From the NCBI GenBank assembly GCA_964016885.1, contig OZ024747.1, positions 9,858,001 through 9,922,000 on the forward strand: a stretch of DNA of 64,000 nucleotides, in the 5' to 3' direction. Both the position numbers and the translations under genes were made by a program. The notes under the pieces are model-generated. The model was not told where the DNA came from and searched no databases. It saw only the letters and a list, made by a program, of their open reading frames with translations. The stretch is from Eledone cirrhosa. Lineage: Eukaryota. Below, piece after piece: positions 1 through 13,272 of the stretch. The stretch's first letter is position 1. Each line of letters starts with the position of its first letter.

Positions 1-49
1 GATGTTGTAGACGCTCTTGTGTTCTTTATCATATATATATATATATATA

Positions 50-740
50 CGTGAACGGCAAAGCATAAACGAACTAAGGAAAAAATTAGAGATAAGAGGG
101 ATCAGATGTTGTTTACTCGAGAGAAGGCTACGTTGGTATGGACACGTGATGCGCATGAAAGTCGATAGCTGTATAACAAAGTGCAGGGCAATAAAGATAG
201 ACGGTAGTCACGGAATAGGCAGACCTAGAAAAACCTGGGACGAGCTGATAAACTCCGACATCACACACTTACACCTCTCCAAGACAATGTCACTGGACCG
301 AGACCTTTGGCGGTACTCAGTAACAGAGAAGACCCGCCTTACCTAAATATATAGTAAAACCTACTCCAGCCAGTAGGCATCTCTAACAAAATACACCCCG
401 TCCCACCCCCACCCCCACCCCATCCACACCATCCCGTTCTATGTAAAGTTATGTTGGTGCCGCGCCATCGAGGCCGAAACAAATGAGATCGTGTAGGTGT
501 CACGACAAAAAAACACACAGTCCACGCTGTAATGTGGCCGTGTAGGCAACACGGTAAAAACCTCCCAGACCCACACTCTAAATGTGGTTGGTGTTAGGAA
601 GGGCATCCAACTGTAGAAAACCTGCCAGACAGTCCTATGCGAGCAAGACAATCACTCTTGCCTCAAGTGGGACTACCCCCGTCCAAACCCATGCAAGCGT
701 GGAACACGGACGTTAAACGTTGATGATGATGATGATGATG
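50..740 (+). mobile_element. RTE-clade LINE 3' fragment (ORF C-terminus, 3'UTR, (GAT)n tail)
   Basis: Translation RRLRWYGHVMRM...GRPRKTW...DRDLWR is the typical RTE ORF C-terminus; stop at 346. The 3'UTR ends ...CCCATGCAAGCGTGGAACACGGACGTTAAAC-(GAT)n at about 740. Starts at a (TA)n tract. Confidence 0.85.
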
Positions 741-770
741 ATATATATGCATGTGCAAGTATATATATAT

Positions 771-1099
771 CATTCATTTCACGTCCGCTTTTCCCTGCTT
801 GCAAGGGTGGGACGGGAACTGATTCTAGCTTGATTTCTACAGCTGGATGCCCTTCCTAACACCAACCTCATTTACAGTGAGTGCTGGGTGCTTTTTTGCC
901 GTGGCACCTCCACGACCACTTTACAGTGGAATGATAGGGACCCCAGTCCCTATCATCTCATTTCTACAGCTGAGTAAACTGGAGCAATGTGAAATAAAGT
1001 GTCTTGCTCAAGGAAACAACACATCACCCGGTCTGAGAATTGAACTCACAACCTTTCGATTGCAAGCCCAATGCTCTAACCACTAAGCCATGTGCCTCC
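771..1099 (-). mobile_element. SINE family A (tRNA-derived head, RTE-type tail), copy 1
   Basis: On the minus strand: GGAGGCACATGGCTTAGTGG (A box) ... GAGTTCAATTC (B box) ... CCTTGAGCAAGACAC ... CCCTTGCAAGCAGGGAAAAGCGGACG tail. Near-identical to six other copies in the window. Confidence 0.9.
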
Positions 1100-1414
1100 A
1101 TATATATACTTGCACCTGCTCACACACATACACATATATAGATACACACATACACACACACACTCACAATCACATCATATATATATAAATAGTCACACAC
1201 ATACGTATATCTAATGCTAGCTACTGTTAAGTACAGTAAACAGGCCAGTCTGAAGTAGAGAGTTGTGTAGGTGGTGCTGTTAAGAAAGGTTAGGAGATGG
1301 AAATAGAAGAAGAAAGTGATGGGCCCAGGGAGGGAATAGTAAGAGTGTAAGGGAGAGAAGTTGGTGGGTGGTAAAGAAATAAAATAATGGAGCATGATTC
1401 AGTGATTTATATAA

Positions 1415-3545
1415 AGTGTCAACAACTTAGGGTGTGGTTCACAGTGAGAAGGAATTGGACAGTTCCAGAGAAACGTCTCATAGAATCTGTAGAGTAGCAT
1501 TGGTGGTGGTGGTGTTGTGGTGTGGTATTGGTGTTGGTGTTGTGGTAGTGGTGTTGTTGTTGTGGTAGTGGTGTTGTTGTTGTGGTAGTGGTGTTGTGGT
1601 AGTGGTAGTGGTGTTGTGGTAGTGGTGTTGTTGTGGTGGTGGTGGTGGTGGTGGGGTTGTGGTCTGGTATTGGTGTTGTGGTAGTGGTATTGTTGTTGTG
1701 GTAGTGGTGTTGTTGTTGTGGTATTGGTGTTGTGGTAGTGGTATTGTTGTTGTGGTAGTGGTGTTGTTGTTGTGGTAGTGGTGTTGTGGTAGTGGTGTTG
1801 TTGTGGTGGCGGTGGTGGTGGTGGGGTTGTGGTCTGGTATTGGTGTTGTGGTAGTGGTATTGTTGTTGTGGTAGTGGTGTTGTTGTTGTGGTATTGGTGT
1901 TGTGGTAGTGGTATTGTTGTTGTGGTATTGGTGTTGTTGTGGTGGCGGTGGTGGTGGTGGGGTTGTGGTCTGGTATTGGTGTTGTGGTAGTGGTATTGTT
2001 GTTGTGGTAGTGGTATTGTTGTTGTGGTAGTGGTGTTGTGGTAGTGGTATTGTTGTTGTGGTAGTGGTGTTGTTGTTGTGGTATTGGTGTTGTGGTAGTG
2101 GTATTGTTGTTGTGGTAGTGGTGTTGTTGTTGTGGTAGTGGTGTTGTGGTATTGTTGTTGTGGTAGTGGTGTTGTTGTGGTGGCGGTGGTGGTGGTGGGG
2201 TTGTGGTCTGGTATTGGTGTTGTGGTAGTGGTATTGTTGTTGTGGTAGTGGTGTTGTTTTTGTGGTATTGGTGTTGTGGTAGTGGTATTGTTGTTGTGGT
2301 AGTGGTGTTGTTGTGGTGGCGGTGGTGGTGGTGGGGTTGTGGTCTGGTATTGGTGTTGTGGTAGTGGTATTGTTGTTGTGGTAGTGGTATTGTTGTTGTG
2401 GTAGTGGTGTTGTTGTTGTGGTAGTGGTGTTGTTGTGGTGGTGGTGGGGTTGTGGTCTGGTATTGGTGTTGTGGTAGTGGTATTGTTGTTGTGGTAGTGG
2501 TGTTGTTGTTGTGGTATTGGTGTTGTTGTTGTGGTAGTGGTGTTGTTGTGGTGGCGGTGGTGGTGGTGGGGTTGTGGTCTGGTATTGGTGTTGTGGTAGT
2601 GGTGTTGTTGGTGGTGGTGTGGTTCAGAATGAGATGGAATTGGACAGTTCCATAATAACTTCTCATAGAATCTGTAAAGTAGCATTGGTTATGGTGATGG
2701 TGGTGTTGTGGTGATGGTGGTGTTGTGGTGATGGTGGTGTTATGGTGATGGTGGTGTTGTGGAGGTGGTGGAGGTGGTGGTGGTGTTGTGGTAGTGGTAG
2801 TAGTGTCAACAACTTAGGGTGTGGTTGACAGTGGGAAGGAATTGAACAGTTCCAGAGTAACTTCTCATAGAATCTGTAGAGTAGCATTGGTGGTGGTGGG
2901 GGTGTGGGGGTAATGGTAGTGTTGTTAGTGGTGGTGGTGGTGTGGTGGTAATGGTAGTGTTGTTAGTGGTAGTGGTGTGGGGGTATTGTGGTAATGGTAA
3001 TGTTGTTAGTGGTGGTGGTGGTGGTGATGGTGGGAGTGTGGGGTAATGGTAGTGTTGTTGTTGGTGGTGGTGGTGGTGTGGTGGTGTGGTGGTAATGGTA
3101 GTGTTGTTAGTGGTGGTGGTGGTGTGGTGGTAATGGTAGTGTTGTTAGTGGTAGTGGTGTGGGGGTATTGTGGTAATGGTAATGTTGTTAGTGGTGGTGG
3201 TGGTGGTGATGGTGGGAGTGTGGGGGTAATGGTAGTGTTATTAGTGGTGGGGGTGTGGGGGTATTGTGGTAATGGTAATGTTGTTAGTGGTGGTGGTGGT
3301 GGTGATGGTGGGAGTGTGGGGGTAATGGTAGTGTTGTTAGTGGTGGTGGTGGTGGTGGTGTGGTTCACAGTGAGAAGGAATTGAACAGTTCCATAATAAC
3401 TTCTTATAGAATCCATAGAGTAGCATTGGTTGTGTTTCATAGTTGGTGTTGGTGTTGTTGTTGTGGTGGTGTTGTGTCAACAACTTAGGGTGTGGTTCAG
3501 AGTGAGATAGAATTGGACAATTCCAGAGTAACTTCTCATATTGGT
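1415..3545. repeat. Compound repeat: (GGT/TGT/AGT)n tracts punctuated by five copies of a ~70-90 bp cassette
   Basis: Cassette GTGTGGTTCACAGTGAGAAGGAATTGGACAGTTCCAGAG...CTCATAGAATCTGTAGAGTAGCATTGGT at about 1415, 2616, 2802, 3358 and 3475, with degenerate trinucleotide tracts between copies. Confidence 0.9.
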
Positions 3546-3622
3546 GTTGTTTGAGGTAGTATGACGAAACACCCTGGCTAGGGACATGACTAAAGGTGAA
3601 GCTAGAGTTGTGGATGAGGGTG

Positions 3623-3846
3623 AAATGTACCTGTGATAAACTACCTATCATCTCAAATTTACCTGTCATAAACTACCCATCACCTCAAATTTACCTGTCA
3701 TAAACTACCCATCATCTCAAATTTACCTGTGGTAAACTACCCATCATCTCAAATTTACCTGTCATAAACTACCCATCATCTCAAATTTACCTGTGGTAAA
3801 CTACCCATCATCTTAAATTTACCTGTCATAAACTACCCATCTTCTC
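3623..3846. repeat. 32-bp minisatellite, ~7 copies
   Basis: Unit AAATTTACCTGTCATAAACTACCCATCATCTC. Confidence 0.95.
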
Positions 3847-4335
3847 ATTCAAATAACAAAAATAAACTGTAATAGCATCCCCTCACCACCACCCACCCAC
3901 CCACCAACCCACCAACCCACCAACCAACCCACCCACCGACCAACCAACCAACCCACCGACCGACCAACCAACCAACCAACCAACCAACCTCCCACCCTGT
4001 GCTTTGTTTAGAATTTTCAAATGGTTTGGCTTATCTTACTTTAAATACAAATCTTGGTCTGTTTGGAATAAACAACAAAAAAAAACGTTGAGACACTTTT
4101 TAACATTTAAAAAAAAACTCAATGTAGTAAATATGTTAATACCAACTTAACTATTGTTTATCATATGAATGGCATCCCTGAGTAATTTTCACAACTAATC
4201 TATATTTTATTACTTATTTTACTCCTAGCATGAATTCCACTTACAAAAAATATGAAAATTATAATCAAAGGAAACACTCAGCGTATCGAGGTTCAATAAA
4301 TAATTTCACAGATCTTGTGCTCAATGACAAAGGTC

Positions 4336-4368
<33 letters not shown>

Positions 4369-4686
4369 TCAAGTTTCACTTGGAAAGGAAGGTGAGGGTG
4401 GAGGGAGAAGTGCTGCCCCGCTGTACATATGCTAAAAGGGGGTGAATGTTGCAAGAATGGTCCATGTGAATGGGCCTACTCTGAGCATGCACTGCAAATA
4501 TTCAGAACATATCGAAGGGTCCTTGCTGTTCCCAGTAGGCATGCTTTTCGAAGTGTTCCAAAAAAGGGGGCTGAGCTAATGTTCTTTAGCCAGCCCCTGG
4601 GAAACTCTTCAAGCCATTGTATATATATATATAGTATAAGAATAAAGGAACAAAGAATCAGTGTTGCATTATAACATATTTAATAA

Positions 4687-4726
4687 CATATTACATATGT
4701 TTCACTGCCAATCAGCTCGAGGAATG
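4687..4726 (-). ncRNA. Degenerate hammerhead-like motif
   Basis: Minus strand CATTC-CTCGA-GCTG attgg CAGT-GAAAC atat GTA-ATATG. Stem II and the palindromic stem III (ACATATGT) are present, but the CUGANGA core is damaged. Lies in a segment bounded by (TA)n. Confidence 0.35.
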
Positions 4727-5481
4727 ATCTATTATTGATCGAACATGACTCTGGAATCCAAAGATCCTCAGATATGCCTCAGTATGTAAGCTCATCTCTG
4801 ATTTTGTATATATATATATATATATACACACACACATATATATACTAGCAGTAACACCCAGCATTGTCTGAGTATTGAATACATTTTTATTTTTACTAAA
4901 CTTAAATGATTAATAGAGAGGTTTTAGGTATTTCTTTACATATGAACTGTTCTACAAAATAAAGGAATCTAGAATGTTTTTACTGACTCTATGTACCGCA
5001 CATCTTCTTGTATTTATTTGGAGTTGGCAAGAAAAATATTTTTATGATCTTTAAGGGTAATGTATGGTTCATTTAACTGATATTTTTACTCTATTGTTTA
5101 TATTTAGACTGGTAAGTGCTAGTGTTGATTTTCTTATAGGTATTGGTAATATTGATGGAAAGGTGTCTACAGTTTGTGTAAATATCAGTTTTGTATGTAT
5201 TTTAATTTTGTCTGAAGATCATGTATGTGTTTAGATTTTGTTAAATTTTATGTAATAAGTCTTCAACATTTTTTTTTTTTAAATTTGGCCTTTTTTAATT
5301 ATATTGCAAAGGATTCCATGTCTGTTTGGTTTTACAACATGTGAAGTTAAACTTGATATCTGTGTTCCATTTATCAAATAAATATGGCTTTCAGCTCTTT
5401 CTCTTGATAAAGTATTTAATCTTTTGAATTAGATACTTAATGTGCTCTTTGGATTGTATCCCTAGAATCCCTACACACACC

Positions 5482-5770
5482 CAGAGGCATAACTAGGGTA
5501 TGGCAAGCATGGCACATGAAGGGGGTGACACATGAAGCGGGCACCACTTGGACTGGGAGCAGGTTCTATTAAAGTAAAATGAACCTCGTCAGAGAGTGAA
5601 AAAAGAAACTCCTTCAGATGTATGATGTGTCTCTATCATGGTGAGAACACTATGGTGGCAGGATCATTAAACCATTTATAGAGATTATTAGACCCATAGG
5701 TAAAAATACAGTGCTGGGTAGGGGATGCAATTTCACTGCTTGCCATAGGGCTATTTTACCTAGTTATGCA
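5482..5770. mobile_element. Non-autonomous DNA transposon (MITE-like)
   Basis: Imperfect terminal inverted repeats GCATAACTAGGGTA ... TACCTAGTTATGC. Confidence 0.5.
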
Positions 5771-6542
5771 CACACATATATGTTATAATTAAGGGTTAGG
5801 GGCTTACAAAATTCCCTTAACAAGGTCTTTATTAACACAAAGCTGTAGTATAAAAAAGACTTGCCCACGATATCACACAAAAAGATCCAACCCAGAACAA
5901 CATGGCAGTAAAGCAAACTTCTTAACTACACAGCTTTGCCAGAAGAAAGAAAAAAAAACCTTAGTTTTACTGGCTGTGATTGTTTTGTAGAACTTATAAA
6001 TTGCTTTCATTGCCTTTTTGTAATTGTATAAATCTTTGAGACCACTGGTAAGTTCACAAATGGAGACATAGCTGTTATCTGTGCTCTATAAATGTCTCAT
6101 CATGACTAGCATCATTGTCATCATCAGCAACATCAACATCATCAGCATCATCATCATTATCAGCAGCAGTAGTACCATCAATAGCACCATTGTCATCACC
6201 CCACCCCCACCCTCATCATGTTGAGAAAAATCATGTACATGGAAAAAAAAAACATGCTTGAAATATGTTGCCATTCAAGCTTGTCTTACCATCATCATTT
6301 ATCAGAAAAACAAATATTATGGATGAAGGTATGTGTGTATATATATGTGTGAATGTGTGTGTGTGTGTGTGAATGTGTGTGTTTGAGTTTAATGTACCAT
6401 TGTAATATATATATATATATAACATACATACCAAAATATAATGCGTATATGTATATTGTATATGCACACACTCACACGTGTATGTGGTATGTGGGAGATA
6501 AAATATTCTATCTTCTACCACGTGTGTATGTATGTATATATT

Positions 6543-6601
<59 letters not shown>

Positions 6602-7092
6602 ATACATGCACACACACAAAATATGTATATTTCATACCTCTATGCATATGTTTCTATATCTATATATAAAAAATGTAAAAAATATTATAGAATGTGCATG
6701 TATATATATATATACACCTACACATATATATTCACACACACACACACTCACTCACCCATATATATATAGAGATATAGAGATATATATATATATATATATA
6801 CACACATACATATATGCACCTACAGGCATACCCACAAAATATATATGTTCTGTCTATGTGTGATGCGCGTTTTATTATAACCAAGGTGATCTTATAGTTC
6901 TTGGCAAAAGCCACACAAATATTTATACCAATAAGCTGTTGCTAAATCTTCTTCTACATTTTCTATTATGGCTCTACATCTATATTCTTGTTTTAATTTC
7001 CTACAATGGTGATAGCAATTATAGAATGACTCAGTATTATTTTCTTTTTAAAGGCAGTGATTAGTAAAATAAATGATAAGTAAAATACACAA

Positions 7093-7475
7093 CCCTTTAG
7101 CATTTAAATCAGCCATATCCAGCCAGAATTCTCTCACCACTTTCTGTTCAAACTGGTTGTAACCGGCTGCTTATACGGATGTTAAAGTATTGCTCTGAAA
7201 ATAAATATCAAAATCTCATAGATTTGATATTATGTGAGATAAAGCCTTTACTATGAAAATATAATAGTAAATTACTCTATATTTACTATTGTTTTTCACA
7301 GAAAAGGCTTTACCTCACATAATTATCTCATGTAATATCGAATCTATGAGATTTTGATATTATATATGTTGAGAACAATACCTTAATGTTGGTATGAGTA
7401 GACAATTACTGCTGGTTTGAACCGAAAGAGGTGAGAGAATTCTGGCCAGATATGGCTGGTTTAAATGCTAAAGGG
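7093..7475. mobile_element. piggyBac-type MITE, tail-to-tail foldback dimer
   Basis: Starts CCCTTTAGCATTT and ends AAATGCTAAAGGG followed by TTAA. The right half is the diverged reverse complement of the left half. Same family as 33699-33918 and 35593-35951. Confidence 0.75.
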
Positions 7476-8127
7476 TTAAAGCTATAAAGCAACCACTGGT
7501 AATCAAACTCACAACCATACAATTGTAAGCTTTACACCCTAACCACTAAGCCATGCACCTGTTTAGTATTGTGGGTAATATTCTGGTAATGATTATAGTA
7601 ACACAGTTTACTATTAGTCTAATAATTACAAGAATCTTACCCAGAAACAATACTAAGTGTTTCTCCAGGCAACCAAGTGTGATATAAATATTCTAGATTG
7701 AAGCAAAACAGTTGTAAGAGATGAAACTGTCACATCAATATGGTGAGAGAAAGACGTTTGTGAAGTTCTAGAGAAACCTAATACCATGTTCTAATTTCAA
7801 CCTTCCTACTACTCCCTTACCTTCTATCTACCTTGTCGTCTTACCAACATTATAACCCCTGTTTTCTCAACTCATCTATTTCTCTGTCTTTATGAAACAT
7901 TACTCTTCTCCCAAAATAATACACCTGTTCTCATTATCTTCTGCCTCTCCATTCTTCGTCTTGCTTCATCTCGGTTCATGTAATTTACTTTTACAGTAAA
8001 TAATTCTTTTGGAGCTACAGAATATTCTTGGATTTTGTTGTAGATGTTAGAAAGATGTACAAATAACCAGCTATATATATATATATATAGATCTATCTAT
8101 CAGAATATAGAGAGATAAATATATCTA

Positions 8128-8464
8128 TCATCATCATCATCATTTTACATCCACTTTTCCCTGCTTGCAAGGGTGCGACGGGAATTGATTCTGGCTTGAT
8201 TTCTACAGCTGGATGCCCTTCCTAACACCAACCTCATTTACAGTGAGTGCTGGGTGGTTTTTGCCGTGGCACCTCCACGACCACTTTGCAGTGGAATGAT
8301 AGGGACCCTAGTCCCTATCATCTCATTTCTACAGCTGAGTAAACTGGAGCAATGTGAAATAAAGTGTCTTGCTCAAGGAAACAACACATCACTCGGTCTG
8401 AGAATTGAACTCACAACCTTTCGATTGCAAGGCCAATGCTCTAACCACTAAGCCATGTGCCTCC
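8128..8464 (-). mobile_element. SINE family A, copy 2
   Basis: Near-identical to 771-1099; has the (GAT)n tail. Confidence 0.9.
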
Positions 8465-8554
8465 ATATCAATATATATATATATAGATCTATCTATCAGC
8501 ATATATATATATAGACATGTTTATCAATATATATATTTATAGATAGATCTATCT

Positions 8555-9315
8555 GTCAATATATATGTGTGTGTGTCAATATATATATATTTATGTATGT
8601 ATATGTGTGTGTCAATATATATATATTTATGTATGTATATGTGTGTGTCAATATATATATATTTATGTATGTATATGTGTGTGTCAATATATATATATTT
8701 ATGTATGTATATGTGTGTGTCAATATATATATATTTATGTATGTATATGTGTGTGTCAATATATATATATTTATGTATGTATATGTGTGTGTCAATATAT
8801 ATATATTTATGTATGTATATGTGTGTGTCAATATATATATATTTATGTATGTATATGTGTGTGTCAATATATATATATTTATGTATGTATATGTGTGTGT
8901 CAATATATATATATTTATGTATGTATATGTGTGTGTCAATATATATATATTTATGTATGTATATGTGTGTGTCAATATATATATATTTATGTATGTATAT
9001 GTGTGTGTCAATATATATATATTTATGTATGTATATGTGTGTGTCAATATATATATATTTATGTATGTATATGTGTGTGTCAATATATATATATTTATGT
9101 ATGTATATGTGTGTGTCAATATATATATATTTATGTATGTATATGTGTGTGTCAATATATATATATTTATGTATGTATATGTGTGTGTCAATATATATAT
9201 ATTTATGTATGTATATGTGTGTGTCAATATATATATATTTATGTATGTATATGTGTGTGTCAATATATATATATTTATGTATGTATATGTGTGTGTCAAT
9301 AAATATATATTTATA
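8555..9315. repeat. 36-bp perfect minisatellite, ~20 copies
   Basis: Unit GTCAATATATATATATTTATGTATGTATATGTGTGT. Confidence 0.97.
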
Positions 9316-9419
9316 GATAGATCTATCTATCTATATATATTTAGAGAGATCTATCTGTCTGTGTATATATATGTGTGTGGTAACATAGGTAGGTAACTAG
9401 GTAGAAGAGTAGGTAAGTA

Positions 9420-9633
9420 GTCAGACAGATAGATAGATAGAGAGACAGACAGATAGATAGAGAGACAGACAGATAGAGAGACAGACAGATAGATAGAGAG
9501 ACAGATAGATAGAGAGACAGACAGATAGATAGAGAGACAGACAGATAGATAGAGAGACAGATAGATAGAGAGACAGACAGATAGATAGATAGAGAGACAG
9601 ACAGATAGATAGATAGATAGATAGATAGGTAGA

Positions 9634-9670
<37 letters not shown>

Positions 9671-9695
9671 CAGACAGATAGATAGATAGGTAGGC
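9420..9695. repeat. (GATA/GACA)n and (GA)n microsatellite
   Basis: Seen directly in the sequence. Confidence 0.95.
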
Positions 9696-10215
9696 AAGTA
9701 GAAACAATTGCTAAATAAGTTGATTAAAACAGGTAGCAGGCTTCATGTTGTAGAGAGCCAGGTAGACAGGTAGACAGACATAAACAGACAACAATTGGTC
9801 TTTCTTCAATTGAGGAATATAAGTTAATCTTTATCAAAACACTGCACACACTCACACACATACACATGGATACATACACACACATGCTTGCCTATATATA
9901 CATACACATATACACATACATATACACACACATATATGCACAGATGCATTCATACAGATGAAGACACTTACATGCACACACACAGACACACATATATATA
10001 CAATATAATAGACTGTAAAATTTTGTCTCAAAATTCTAAGAACCAATCAACCAATTACACCGCCACCACCACCACCACCTCCTCCACCAACACCACTGCA
10101 TGTGCATGTGTGTGTATAGGTGTTGGTTTGTCTGTCTGTGTGTAGATGTTTCTGAGAACATATGTGTGTGTAAGTGTATGTTGGTTTGTTTGTCTATATG
10201 TAGATGTGTCTGAGT

Positions 10216-10261
<46 letters not shown>

Positions 10262-10591
10262 ACAAGTGCAAGTGCTGTGGTTTTGCTTTCTGTGTTCAAC
10301 AATAGAGTCACATGTACTGAAACTTGAAACCTGAAACTGAATCAGTTGAAAGAAGTGGGGAGGTAGAGAGTTAAAGGACCTTGTTAGGGGGTTACACAAG
10401 TGAAAAGGGAGTAAGTTTCATGATACATCTGTTCTAAATATTGTTGCTATATTAAGCAGCAATAACGGGTGGGTGGGCAGGAGATGACACTGAAGGGAGC
10501 TCAAACTTTTCTCTGACTAAGAGGAAAACGACTTAAATAAATATAGAAACAAAAGAAAACAAACCCCAGAAAGTGAAATGTGTTGTTAAAG

Positions 10592-11362
10592 GGAAGTAAG
10601 GATTAATTTGAGCCAGATCTGTGGTTGTTGTTATATTAGGGGTTAGTCTAGTTCAATAATGGAAGTAAGTATTAATTTGAGCCAGATCTGTGATTGGTGT
10701 TATATTAGATGTCAGTCTAGTTCAACAGTGGAAGTAAGGATTAATTTGAGCCAGATCTGTGGTTGGTGTTATATTAGATGTCAGTCTAGTTCAACAGTGG
10801 AAGTAAGGATTAATTTGAGCCAGATCTGTGGTTGCTGTTATATTAGATGTCAGTCTAGTTCAACAGTGGAAGTAAGGATTAATTTGAGCCAGATCTGTGG
10901 TTGCTGTTATATTAGATGTCAGTCTAGTTCAACAGTGGAAGTAAGGATTAATTTGAGCCAGATCTGTGGTTGGTGTTATATTAGATGTCAGTCTAGTTCA
11001 ACAGTGGAAGTAAGGATTAATTTGAGCCAGATCTGTGGTTGCTGTTATATTAGATGTCAGTCTAGTTCAACAGTGGAAGTAAGGATTAATTTGAGCCAGA
11101 TCTGTGGTTGGTGTTATATTAGATGTCAGTCTAGTTCAACAGTGGAAGTAAGGATTAATTTGAGCCAGATCTGTGGTTGCTGTTATATTAGATGTCAGTC
11201 TAGTTCAACAGTGGAAGTAAGGATTAATTTGAGCCAGATCTGTGGTTGGTGTTATATTAGATGTCAGTCTAGTTCAACAGTGGAAGTAAGGATTAATTTG
11301 AGCCAGATCTGTGGTTGCTGTTATATTGGGTGTTAGTCTGGTTCAACAAGAGAAGTAAGGAT
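10592..11362. repeat. 69-bp minisatellite, ~11 copies
   Basis: Unit GGAAGTAAGGATTAATTTGAGCCAGATCTGTGGTTG(G/C)TGTTATATTAGATGTCAGTCTAGTTCAACAGT; no unique spacers between units. Confidence 0.97.
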
Positions 11363-11363
11363 A

Positions 11364-11400
<37 letters not shown>

Positions 11401-11401
<1 letters not shown>

Positions 11402-11510
11402 CTGATGAAGGACTAGTACTGGAACATTAGGACTCTTTTTCTAGCGTTAAACTAATATATTTCTTCATTGTAATGTGGCGTTTCTTTTGTTATTTCTGTT
11501 GATTTTTTAC
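11401..11510 (+). mobile_element. Short hammerhead-bearing element, family H1 (degenerate copy)
   Basis: CTGATGAAGGACTAGT...AGCGTTAAACTAATATATTTCTTCATTGTAATGTG; homologous to 23554-23690 and 46024-46140. Confidence 0.6.
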
Positions 11511-11547
11511 ACACATACACACACACACACACACTCACACACTCACA

Positions 11548-11635
<88 letters not shown>

Positions 11636-11929
11636 CATATATACATATATACATGTGTTAAACAATGGAAAGAAAAAGAGGAGGCTGAGTATAAATGGTG
11701 AGATGGTTGTGTCTTGTTGAGGCTAATACTATGTAGTAATACATGTAACTGGTATTGATTAGTCGATATATCAATATATCAATATTAACAAGGTTCATTC
11801 CACTCTTTGAATTGATTGGAAAACAATGGATCAATTAAACATTGAACCTCGTCTTTATTGTTTTCATTCACACATTACATTGTAACAGTGTTATTATAGG
11901 TCCTACCTTAATCAGGGTGAATATTAAGG

Positions 11930-11984
<55 letters not shown>

Positions 11985-11989
<5 letters not shown>

Positions 11990-12467
11990 AATTAAGTTAA
12001 AAATGTACATCCATATATGTATACTGAAATACTAGTATGCATATGAATACACACACGTATACATATATAGATGTACCAAGTCTTTCACTGGTACTCACAC
12101 TCTATGCAAATTAGTCTGCCCACTACTAATTTTCATAGAAAAAGCATATAACGATATGTGCTTTTACGATTCTCCAGAAAGGCCGGTAGATAGGTAAATA
12201 TTGCTGATGAGTTGTAACAACAACAAAACTAGTTCAATATTCCTTGTCTGGCTTTCTGAAGAATAGAGGAAAGGTGTTTCTTCAAAAACCAGTATGACTC
12301 TAAAAACCGGTTTGTCTGTGTGTTTACATACAGAATAGCTGGATACTCACAGTAAAGTAACCAGTGAAAGACTTGGTACATCTATATATGTATACGTGTG
12401 TGTATTCATATGCATACTAGTATTTCAGTACACATATATGGATGTACATTTTTAACTTAATTGTTTA
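11985..12467 (+). mobile_element. Foldback element in (TA)n: 108-bp inverted arms enclosing a hammerhead motif (Penelope-terminus-like)
   Basis: Arms 11985-12092 and 12360-12467 are reverse complements with about 1 mismatch; long (TA)n on both flanks. Confidence 0.8.
12197..12241 (+). ncRNA. Type I minimal hammerhead ribozyme (G12->A variant)
   Basis: AATATTG-CTGATGA-GTTG taacaa CAAC-aAAA-CTAG-TT-CAATATT: 7-bp stem I, 4-bp stem II, palindromic stem III ACTAGT. GAAA reads AAAA, consistent with CpG decay. Confidence 0.75.
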
Positions 12468-12475
12468 AGCGTCAG

Positions 12476-12704
<229 letters not shown>

Positions 12705-12715
12705 CAGGTGTATAT

Positions 12716-13050
12716 GGAGGCACATGGCTTAGTGGTTAGAGCATTGGCCTTGCAATCGAAAGGTTGTGAGTTCAAATCTCAGACCAGGTGATGTGTTGTT
12801 TCCTTGAGCAAGATACTTTATTTCAGATTGCTCCAGTTTACTCAGCTGTAGAAATGAGATGATAGGAACTGGTCTATATCATTCCACTGCAAAGTGGTCG
12901 TGGAGGTGCCACGGCAAAAAAGCACCCAGCACTCACTGTAAATGAGGTTGGTGTTATGAAGGGCATCCAGCTGTAGAAATCAAGCCAGAATCAGTTCCCG
13001 TCCCGCCCTTGCAAGCAGAGAAAAGCAGACGTAAAATGATGATGATGATG
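12716..13050 (+). mobile_element. SINE family A, copy 3
   Basis: A and B boxes, shared body, (GAT)n tail. Confidence 0.9.
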
Positions 13051-13145
13051 AATGATATATACATACAGGTGTGTATATATATATATATATATATATACAC
13101 TTACAGTTGTATATATATATATATATACACTTACAGGTGCATATA

Positions 13146-13184
<39 letters not shown>

Positions 13185-13232
13185 ACATAGAGGTGTATAT
13201 ATATATATATATATATATATACACTTACAGGC

Positions 13233-13272
<40 letters not shown>

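Noticed and set aside
847-1086. Recurrent 79-aa ORF MPFLTPTSF... in several copies
   Set aside because: Antisense reading of SINE A; the identity reflects copy youth, not coding constraint.
4843-5100. Helitron/Helentron-like terminus (TACTAGCAG...ACCCAGCATTGTCTGAGT)
   Set aside because: The resemblance is from memory only; no matching opposite end or convincing helicase translation was found.
10592-11362. CRISPR array or Cys-rich repeat protein (ORF 10659-11336)
   Set aside because: Units are contiguous with no unique spacers and there are no cas genes in this eukaryotic context. The ORF follows from a stop-free 69-bp unit.
12716-12790. tRNA gene
   Set aside because: A and B boxes are present, but there is no acceptor-stem pairing and it continues into the SINE body.
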